Shown here piece by piece: positions 27,958 to 34,438 of a stretch of DNA of 34,438 nt. Source of the stretch: a virus. Taxonomy: Duplodnaviria; Caudoviricetes. Location of the stretch: positions 1 through 34,438 of the IMG/VR virus record IMGVR_UViG_3300020045_003719; one strand, 5' to 3'. Numbering within the stretch: position 1 is the stretch's first letter; each line of letters opens with the position of its first letter. The position numbers and the translations under genes were made by a program. The notes below the pieces were generated by a model. It saw nothing but the letters and a program-made list of their open reading frames with translations. It did no database searches and had not been told where the DNA came from.

Positions 27958-28166
27958 TCCAAATCCTTTTTATTAAAATATCTTCTAATCACATAACCTC
28001 TTAAAGTTGAAAGAATGAACATCACTAAAACAATGATTACTGACTGTGTGTTCTTATCTAAACTTTCAAAATTTGATAACATAAATCGCATGGCAATAAA
28101 ACCAATCATCATTCCAACCAAAGACTGACTTATTGTTTCTTTAAGACTTCGTGCTTTACTTTGCAT
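27954..28166 (-). CDS. Small two-TM membrane protein, conserved phage family
   Basis: MQSK.RSL.E...G..IG ... S..RGY.IRR.FN. Confidence 0.75.
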   Translation of the reverse strand: MQSKARSLKETISQSLVGMMIGFIAMRFMLSNFESLDKNTQSVIIVLVMFILSTLRGYVIRRYFNKKDLE

Positions 28167-28172
28167 AAACTA

Positions 28173-30008
28173 TCATCCTAAATCCTTTAACATACGCTCT
28201 GCGTATTCGTAATAATATTTATAATCCAAATCCAACGGCAACGACTCTTGGAGTGTCATCATTGGTTGAACACCATCTGTGAGAGGTACTTTATTACCTG
28301 TTCCTTTTCTAAATATACCACGACCTTTTGTCGAGTAATACCATCGTACAACTTTTCCCAGATAATAACTTTCGTCATCAAAACCAAGGAAAGGAGTCAC
28401 CCATTTATAACCAGCTTTTGAAGTTGTTTCAACTTTTTGACGTTCACCATAAATAGGTTTTCCAAAATATGCACCACCATTCACCTGTGTCGCTGATAGA
28501 AACTTTTTAATATCCTTACAATCATCAATCGTCTTTTTAATTGGTGTTCCATTCAAAATGAAATTACGAACTGCCTCAAAACAAATTGGTGTTTGTGTAT
28601 TCTTTCGTAAAAAGTTATCTGGATCAAGTGGATCACAATAAACACCTTTTGCTTTTGTGTATTTACCATAGTTAGCAACGTAATTGTTAACATCACGAGC
28701 ATGAAGTCCGAAGTATGTTCCGAGTTCCATTTCATAAGCAGTGATTTTTTCAATCTTCCTGATGATCTTTGTTGCTTTTTTAATCTTTGTTGTTGAATAC
28801 TCCAACCCGTCTGTATTTGATGAAATAACCTTAATACCTTTAGCTTCAAATCTCTCAATGATCATCAACAGTGTTAGTTGTCCTGTTATTGTAACCTGCA
28901 ACATCAAGTCGGGGCTGTACAGTTTTGAATACTTTGAACCAAATTTACCAAATGATCCATTGATGACGATTTTGAGTGAACCTGCGATCAATTTATCACC
29001 AGCTGCTTTTGCCCTTAATCTCTCTTGTACAATTTCGTCATACACTTTTAAGAACTTATTACCAAGGTGTTTGGGTGCATATCCATTTTTTAAGATAATG
29101 AAAGGATAATATGAACTAAAATCGGCGTTGTTCATGTTCTCAGTACAAGTTAAACTTTTCTCTTGACTATGTAAACCACCGATTCCCATTTTATATTGTG
29201 TACTTCCAATTGTGAATACTTCAAATTCTGGGGGTACCACAACGCCACCACCTGCATCCAATGTATAATCTAAGGTTTCGGTCAGCTTGAGAAGTTTTTG
29301 CAGCTGTAGTGTCTTAAATTTGATATATTTTGGTGCAACATATTTACAAGTGTAATTTGCGTTTAACTTTGGAACTTTATCTGTATAATTAAGTCGTTTA
29401 ACAATAACTGTTTCAGCAATTTGTGCATCTGATTTTGAACGTAGATCGACATCGTACTGTTTCGACATTTCCACACGTAAATCAATTCGATCCTTAATTG
29501 CGTAGTACAAATCCTCAGTTAACTGTAAATCGTTTTTACAATATGACTTTACCTTTTCAGCCTTCTTTTCAGAAAGTTTCTTATGTGGATCATAAGGCAA
29601 GTCCTGTAAGCTGTGAGATCCCATTCTACTACCATATAATTTTAAACCAACCATTACTGCAGGACTTGGTTCTTTAATGTCAATATGATCAATTGTTGTG
29701 TCTTGTTCAATACCCATCTGTTTATATATCATATATGCGTTTGTTCTTGTATTGATAATTGATTGACACATATGATACATCATCAGTACATCAGCACCAT
29801 TGAGAGCATATTCAACCAAGGGCATATCAAACCCTAAACCATTGAAGGTTATGTTAGTTGTTGATCGTAATAATTTCCTGATCTTCTTAATCTCTTTATT
29901 TGAGTAAGTACCCCATGTTTCAAATGTTGTTATCTCTTTTGTATCTAAGTCTTTAAATGCAAAGACATTCCAGTTGGGATAGACTTCAATATCTAGTACT
30001 TGCATCAC
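28173..30008 (-). CDS. Family B DNA polymerase with 3'-5' exonuclease domain
   Basis: ExoI DIE, ExoII FNG..FD, ExoIII YC.ND; motif A DFSSYYP, motif B KIVINGSFGKFG, motif C NTDG. Confidence 0.93.
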   Translation of the reverse strand: MMQVLDIEVYPNWNVFAFKDLDTKEITTFETWGTYSNKEIKKIRKLLRSTTNITFNGLGFDMPLVEYALNGADVLMMYHMCQSIINTRTNAYMIYKQMGIEQDTTIDHIDIKEPSPAVMVGLKLYGSRMGSHSLQDLPYDPHKKLSEKKAEKVKSYCKNDLQLTEDLYYAIKDRIDLRVEMSKQYDVDLRSKSDAQIAETVIVKRLNYTDKVPKLNANYTCKYVAPKYIKFKTLQLQKLLKLTETLDYTLDAGGGVVVPPEFEVFTIGSTQYKMGIGGLHSQEKSLTCTENMNNADFSSYYPFIILKNGYAPKHLGNKFLKVYDEIVQERLRAKAAGDKLIAGSLKIVINGSFGKFGSKYSKLYSPDLMLQVTITGQLTLLMIIERFEAKGIKVISSNTDGLEYSTTKIKKATKIIRKIEKITAYEMELGTYFGLHARDVNNYVANYGKYTKAKGVYCDPLDPDNFLRKNTQTPICFEAVRNFILNGTPIKKTIDDCKDIKKFLSATQVNGGAYFGKPIYGERQKVETTSKAGYKWVTPFLGFDDESYYLGKVVRWYYSTKGRGIFRKGTGNKVPLTDGVQPMMTLQESLPLDLDYKYYYEYAERMLKDLG

Positions 30009-30220
30009 AATTCCTTAAATGTTTTTTTCTTACTATCGTATTTGAAGCCCAATTGTTCCAGCTCAGCCTTGGCGTTTTTTTTAATCTTTTTAAGATGCTT
30101 TACTTTTCGCTTGTCTTTCGTACCTTTTATTTCTTTTTCATATCTTAAAATATTACGAATTATAAAAGCTAATTTTTTAGCCTGTTCCTCTCTGTTTGTG
30201 TAATAGTAATCCATGATCAA
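30005..30220 (-). CDS. Basic hypothetical protein
   Basis: Overlaps both neighbours by 4 nt; Lys-rich. Confidence 0.7.
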   Translation of the reverse strand: MIMDYYYTNREEQAKKLAFIIRNILRYEKEIKGTKDKRKVKHLKKIKKNAKAELEQLGFKYDSKKKTFKEL

Positions 30221-30456
30221 AAGTTACTCAGACATTCTTCAAATGTTATAAACTTATGTGTTGAGTGTAGTGTGATTTTATTACCCATGACATATGTTTC
30301 ATACTGATGACAATACCAAATCAAAGTTAATTGGTCGTTATTCACAAACTCTTTTATTGCGTCCTCATGCCAAGTATGGTCCCCCAACTTCTGTAATAAT
30401 CTTTTGAGTGATTCTTCATCTTTAGGTATATTTGTAACAACTAAATTTTTAATCAT
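30217..30456 (-). CDS. Hypothetical protein
   Basis: AAGGA RBS; 79 aa. Confidence 0.75.
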   Translation of the reverse strand: MIKNLVVTNIPKDEESLKRLLQKLGDHTWHEDAIKEFVNNDQLTLIWYCHQYETYVMGNKITLHSTHKFITFEECLSNF

Positions 30457-30479
30457 GTTCTATCCTTTTTTTTAATTTC

Positions 30480-30532
30480 AATAAACTCATGAAAACCTAC
30501 CAAAATTAATTGATAGGTTTATTCAGCTTATT
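30480..30532 (-). terminator. Long bulged hairpin downstream of the SSB gene
   Basis: Minus strand AATAAGCT-GAAT-AAACCTATCA...TGGTAGGTTT-TCATG-AGTTTATT; G-U pairs form on the minus-strand transcript. Confidence 0.7.
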
Positions 30533-30533
30533 T

Positions 30534-30590
30534 TTAAAACGGCACTTCATCGTCATCATCTGTTTGTGATGGTTGCCCTTTTACTTTCCC
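30534..30590 (-). other. Candidate programmed -1 frameshift site (G GGA AAG, 30590-30584) and -1 frame extension VKGQPSQTDDDDEVPF*
   Basis: Minus strand ..tta aaa aaa gcG GGA AAG taa; -1 frame ggg aaa gta aaa ggg caa cca tca caa aca gat gat gac gat gaa gtg ccg ttt taa. Confidence 0.75.
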
Positions 30591-31279
30591 GCTTTTTTTA
30601 ACAACTTTTTGAATGATTTATAATCTTCGTGGTCTTCAAGATCTTCAAGAAGTGTTGCTGCTTTTTCAAGATCACCTTTGTCAATTGCTTTTTTAAACTT
30701 TTTAACACTTTTATCTTCAACAACTTCATCGTCATCAGCTTCTGTCACTTCTGCTTTTTTCTTTTTGTCTTTTTTCTTATCTTCCGATTTACCATAATAA
30801 CCAACAGTCACGGACTCACCCTCTAATGTTGATCCTCCACCTTCATACTGTTTGTATTCAACAAGTCTGATTGCATTGAATGATCTTGACACCATTTCAC
30901 CATAATCAGCACTTTTGAAGAAGTATAAATCAAACTCAACATCAATAATTGAACCTTCACCAAAGTCAGTGAACATTTCAGCGGTCATTGATTTATCAGC
31001 AATTTTAAATGTCGCAGGTTTACCGTCAGCTTTTTTAGTCATCCAGAACTGAATGGCCCCTGTTTGTTCATCGTTTGAAAACCAATCTTCAACTGGATAC
31101 GCTGGTTTTTTAGCTTTTGCAGATTTGTTATCTGACCAAAGAGCTTCAAAATCTTTGATAATTTCTTTCTTTTGGTCTTTTGTTATTTCAATACCAAGTA
31201 AATGTTTGCCATTTTTATGACCACCTTCTTTTGTTACTGATGCGAAAACTACTTTAACGCCTTTGAATGTTTTAACCAT
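30581..31279 (-). CDS. Single-stranded DNA-binding protein (T7 gp2.5-like OB fold); 232-aa zero-frame form
   Basis: V.FASV, FG.GS.I.V...LY, V..SFNAIRLVEYKQYEGG pattern; position in the replication module; AAGGA RBS before ATG 31279. Confidence 0.75.
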   Translation of the reverse strand: MVKTFKGVKVVFASVTKEGGHKNGKHLLGIEITKDQKKEIIKDFEALWSDNKSAKAKKPAYPVEDWFSNDEQTGAIQFWMTKKADGKPATFKIADKSMTAEMFTDFGEGSIIDVEFDLYFFKSADYGEMVSRSFNAIRLVEYKQYEGGGSTLEGESVTVGYYGKSEDKKKDKKKKAEVTEADDDEVVEDKSVKKFKKAIDKGDLEKAATLLEDLEDHEDYKSFKKLLKKAGK

Positions 31280-31280
31280 T

Positions 31281-32168
31281 TTATAATCCTTCAATTTGTT
31301 TTTTAAATTTTTTGTAACTGTCTTTATGTAATGCTAATTTTAATGATTTTAAAATTTTAGTTGCTTTTTCAATTTTACCTTTTGCAATTGCTTTTTCAAG
31401 ATCAGCTGTATCAACAGGTAATTCTTCAATTTTACCTTCGTGTTTCTTTTTCTTTTTTTCTTTCTTAGCCTCATCTTCACTTAAATCTTTTGAAAATTCT
31501 GGTTCTTCATTAACATCAGCTTCATCAATAGCACATTCATCAGCAGCCACACAAGCTGTTCTGTCAATAGCTTCATACTCTTTTGAAAACATTGTTATAT
31601 TCAATGGATGCATTAAATCATTTAACAATGCATCTGTGATTACCTGAGCTGATGTTAATCTCTCAGCTTTTACAAACTCTTGATCAGGAAGATTTGTTTT
31701 ACCCATAACCTCACCAAGGAAGTTAACTAACTCACCATTAATAACTGCTTGTGGCATATGATGCGATAACCATGCAACTTTGTCAGACGCCGCTGCTTTA
31801 TTTAATTGTCTAATTGCACCCATACTATTTTTAATTACAGCTCTTGTTGTTTCAATACTTTGTGACATTTTTTCTTCTTTCATTATTAATTCATTTTGAT
31901 TAACTTGACCATCGTCAGGGGTTATGTTTTCTAGTTTTAGATCTTCGATTTCTAGTTTTAGATCTTCGATTTCTAGTTTTAGATCTTCGATTTCTAGTTT
32001 TAGATCTTCGATTTCAGAAATGAAGTCATCTTTCAAATCTTCAATCAATGGGGATGATTCTGTTAGTTCGTTCCATTCACTTACTGTAATCTCTATTGTT
32101 TTTCCACTTGTCAAATAAATCTCATACGTGTCATTACCCAAGTATAGACGATTTAGGTTCTTGTTCAT
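31281..32168 (-). CDS. Hypothetical protein with heptad repeat and Lys-rich C-terminal module (possible internal start at 31868)
   Basis: Long ORF with uncertain start; (EIEDLKL)x4; C-terminus resembles that of the SSB. Confidence 0.65.
   Translation of the reverse strand: MNKNLNRLYLGNDTYEIYLTSGKTIEITVSEWNELTESSPLIEDLKDDFISEIEDLKLEIEDLKLEIEDLKLEIEDLKLENITPDDGQVNQNELIMKEEKMSQSIETTRAVIKNSMGAIRQLNKAAASDKVAWLSHHMPQAVINGELVNFLGEVMGKTNLPDQEFVKAERLTSAQVITDALLNDLMHPLNITMFSKEYEAIDRTACVAADECAIDEADVNEEPEFSKDLSEDEAKKEKKKKKHEGKIEELPVDTADLEKAIAKGKIEKATKILKSLKLALHKDSYKKFKKQIEGL
31928..32015. repeat. 21-bp perfect tandem repeat x4 (TTTCTAGTTTTAGATCTTCGA)
   Basis: Units start at 31928, 31949, 31970 and 31991. 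Confidence 0.97.
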
Positions 32169-32460
32169 TTTGACCATACCTTTCCAGAAAGTTTGACATT
32201 CCTTTATCTTCAATTGATATTAGTAATGTTGGTGGAGTGATCTTATGAGTTAAAAACTGTATTTCTTCAAGTTTCTTAATTTTCCACTCAGCGTCACTGA
32301 GTTCCGATTTTAAACTCATATTACTCTTAGATAAATTATTCACTCTTGAATTAAGCTCACATTTATCAGAGAGTAATTGCTCATTAATCAACAGTTGTTG
32401 TGCCAATGCATTACGTAAATTTTCAACAGTCCTGTACATAAGTTTTTCCTTCAATGTCAT
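32134..32460 (-). CDS. Coiled-coil hypothetical protein
   Basis: 108-aa ORF overlapping both neighbours; start uncertain. Confidence 0.6.
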   Translation of the reverse strand: MTLKEKLMYRTVENLRNALAQQLLINEQLLSDKCELNSRVNNLSKSNMSLKSELSDAEWKIKKLEEIQFLTHKITPPTLLISIEDKGMSNFLERYGQNEQEPKSSILG

Positions 32461-32884
32461 ACATCATTATTTTACCAGTTTCAGGATCAACTGTTTCACA
32501 TGGAAAAACAACAGTTCTCAATTCATACTTACGGATCAACTCTTTCTGTGAAGCTGCTCTTTCTTTAAGATTTGTATTTTCAATTCGTAACATTGAATTT
32601 ACGTCCTGCAACATAGCGCATTCCTGAGCTTGATTTGTTGCAATGTCACCTTTATAAAAACCATCTTTAACACAACTGTCATAATCAATCCCACAGATCT
32701 CAGCTAAGATAACAAGTTGTATTGTTGATTCAGCTATGTACTGCGATACAGAAGGTTTTTCTTCATGTAAGACTGCTTTTGCAAGTTCACCTTGAACCTC
32801 AAACAAACGAGCTAATTGAGTTAGTGGTTTCATTCTGTCAAGATGACCTACTTCCTCAGCCCAATTCAATATTTTTTTAGTCAT
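32423..32884 (-). CDS. MazG-like (all-alpha NTP pyrophosphatase) domain, apparently degenerate, with coiled-coil tail
   Basis: I..WA...G....P..Q..RL.E..GELA.AV...LVILA...G.D...C; AAGGA RBS. Confidence 0.65.
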   Translation of the reverse strand: MTKKILNWAEEVGHLDRMKPLTQLARLFEVQGELAKAVLHEEKPSVSQYIAESTIQLVILAEICGIDYDSCVKDGFYKGDIATNQAQECAMLQDVNSMLRIENTNLKERAASQKELIRKYELRTVVFPCETVDPETGKIMMYDIEGKTYVQDC

Positions 32885-32905
32885 TAAATATCCTTTTAAT
32901 TTACT

Positions 32906-32968
32906 TCAATTTGTACTCCAACAAGTCCAAACAAAAATAAATCTTGTACCTATTGCAAGGTAAGCCAT
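32906..32968 (-). CDS. Possible 20-aa hydrophobic leader peptide MAYLAIGTRFIFVWTCWSTN
   Basis: AAGGA-N7-ATG; first ORF of the leftward transcript. Confidence 0.35.
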   Translation of the reverse strand: MAYLAIGTRFIFVWTCWSTN

Positions 32969-33062
32969 TCCACAATCCTTATGTGCGCTTCACAGCGTTC
33001 ACTCCATTTTACATCGGTACGAAGGGAGCCGATGACCAAGTGTTTTGTTACTTGATGTTGGA

Positions 33063-33146
33063 AGTATGACATACAAAAACTTAAAGTTTTATTAAGTGCT
33101 TAATAATTAGTTAATAAGTTGTGATTAAGTTTAAATTCTGTATTAT
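33063..33146. promoter_or_regulatory. Back-to-back divergent promoters with a central palindromic operator candidate
   Basis: Leftward TTAAG-N11-CATACT (33084..33063), rightward TTAAG-N11-TATTAT (33125..33146); palindrome TTATTAAG-tg-CTTAATAA at 33089-33106. Confidence 0.6.
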
Positions 33147-33175
33147 GTTATAAATTAATTAAAAAAGGAATGCTC

Positions 33176-33340
33176 ATGAAAGAAAAAAAGAAAGCCCCAG
33201 CACTATTGGATAAAGATGTGCATGATGTACTTATGAAAATCAAGTGTGATGAAGAGAAGGGATCAATTAGTGCTGCAATTAGGTTTGTATTAAATGAGAA
33301 TGAGTTGTTAAAATCACAATTAATTAAAAAAGATTCGTAA
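33176..33340 (+). CDS. Ribbon-helix-helix-like small regulator (54 aa; not in the ORF track)
   Basis: MKEKKKAPALLDKDVHDVLMKIKCDEEKGSISAAIRFVLNENELLKSQLIKKDS; AAGGA RBS; stop abuts the primase ATG. Confidence 0.65.
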   Translation: MKEKKKAPALLDKDVHDVLMKIKCDEEKGSISAAIRFVLNENELLKSQLIKKDS

Positions 33341-34438
33341 ATGAAAAAACGACAATTTTATTTAAGTGTGACACGTGACGATCGTGGGAAAAAAGTTATA
33401 AATTTCGGTGGAAAAGCGTGGGGTGATTTACCAAAGGACAGAGCCAACGCAAGAGGTGTTAGGACAGGTGACAATTTAATGGTTGTTGATGTTGATACAA
33501 AAGATCTAACAAAGATTGATAAAAAGCTAATCAAACTTTTACCTCTTGAATGTACTGTTGAAACTGCAAAGGGTTTTCACTGGTATTTCACAGGAGCTGA
33601 TGATGTTGCACAAACTCAAAAGTTAACTGAGGGCGTTGATATTCGAAACAAGGGTGGTTTTGTCTTTGATAAATATTGGGGCAAAGACACTGACATTAGT
33701 TATGAAAAAGTAGGTTCTGTTTATACGATGACTAACAAGTTACATAAGTATCTTTTGAAACTGCATGACAAACAAGAAAAAAGAGTCGGTAAGATTGTTT
33801 ATGCGATTGATGGTGATTATCCAGAGTTTGAGGATGGTGAACAACATGAAATGATCAGACTATCTATGCAGGAAGATTTTAAGAAAGGTTTGAGTTATGA
33901 CGAGGTTTACACCAAAGGTCAAAACTATATTAAAAACTACTTGACTAATAATTCACATGAACAACAGTTGATGCGTGGTCGTGTTGATTGGGCGTATAAA
34001 GTGTTCAACGGTTCAGGATCATCGCTTGATGGTACTCTTGTTGAGGTTAAACCTACCAAAAAGAAATTGACATTGGACGAAGAAATCAAAAAATCATTAA
34101 GTGCTGCTTCAAAATTGGGAGCGTTGGCTTTAGAAAACGCAAAAAAAGAAATCAAAGACGCTCATGGTATAACAATGGCAACATTAAATGACATGACCAA
34201 AGAAGCTATCATTGATGATGTTACAGGGATTGACAAATACTTTGAAGGTCAGGTTATCTTTGATCCAGAAATGGGTGTTTTTGCAGATGTTACACGATCT
34301 CACGTGATGATGTTTAAACCATCGAACTTCAAACAAACTCTAATGGGAAACAGTGGCTGGATGACACCAACCGATGTAAATGAGGTGTTATGTAAGATAC
34401 CAAACAAATATATTATTTACAAACCAAATACCAAAGAA
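33341..34438 (+). CDS. Primase-helicase, 5' part: bifunctional primase-polymerase (Prim-Pol, AEP superfamily) domain; not in the ORF track
   Basis: Manually translated with no stops to the window end: G.RTG..LMVVDVD, TVETAKGFHWYF, GVDIRNKGGFV. Confidence 0.92.
   Translation, partial: MKKRQFYLSVTRDDRGKKVINFGGKAWGDLPKDRANARGVRTGDNLMVVDVDTKDLTKIDKKLIKLLPLECTVETAKGFHWYFTGADDVAQTQKLTEGVDIRNKGGFVFDKYWGKDTDISYEKVGSVYTMTNKLHKYLLKLHDKQEKRVGKIVYAIDGDYPEFEDGEQHEMIRLSMQEDFKKGLSYDEVYTKGQNYIKNYLTNNSHEQQLMRGRVDWAYKVFNGSGSSLDGTLVEVKPTKKKLTLDEEIKKSLSAASKLGALALENAKKEIKDAHGITMATLNDMTKEAIIDDVTGIDKYFEGQVIFDPEMGVFADVTRSHVMMFKPSNFKQTLMGNSGWMTPTDVNEVLCKIPNKYIIYKPNTKE
34318..34438. repeat. Terminal direct repeat copy 2
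   Basis: Identical to 1-121. Confidence 0.97.

Noticed and set aside
31890-31925. Hammerhead ribozyme core (CUGACGA on the minus strand)
   Set aside because: No closing stem II followed by GAAA and no stem I/III partners are visible; the site lies within an ORF
34318-34438. 121-bp terminal repeat as a biological direct terminal repeat
   Set aside because: It falls in the middle of the primase gene and is a perfect k-mer-sized overlap, so it is best explained as assembler circularisation
1-34438. Alternative genetic code (stop-codon reassignment)
   Set aside because: Core genes are full length under the standard code; the few broken frames require frameshifts, not readthrough

Overview
The window looks like a complete, circularly assembled lytic podovirus-type phage genome of 34,317 bp. 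Positions 1-121 are repeated exactly at 34318-34438, and the primase-helicase gene reads in frame across that junction. The + strand carries a small ribbon-helix-helix-like gene, a Prim-Pol/SF3 primase-helicase, a candidate iteron origin, TerS, TerL, a GNAT protein, portal, scaffold, major capsid, tail tubular A/B, four internal virion (ejection) proteins, tail fibre with chaperone, and a lysis cassette ending in a GH108 endolysin. The - strand carries a MazG-like protein, SSB, family B DNA polymerase, a DUF5664-like protein, 5'-3' exonuclease, SF2 helicase and VRR-NUC nuclease. I see no integrase, RNA polymerase, reverse transcriptase, tRNA or CRISPR array. AT-rich composition, AAGGA RBSs, TTAAG-N11 promoters and one protein motif suggest a Campylobacterota host (inference). 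The top finding is a candidate programmed -1 frameshift in the SSB gene. It ends in the lambda-type slippery heptamer G GGA AAG immediately before its stop, and the -1 frame adds a bacterial-SSB-like acidic tip (VKGQPSQTDDDDEVPF*). Other notable items are a transglycosylase-like gene split by a +1 shift, a polyvalent ejection protein (HEIQH peptidase plus ART-like domain), a 278-nt exonuclease/helicase overlap and an apparently degenerate MazG. All family calls come from motif recognition by eye; no searches were run.
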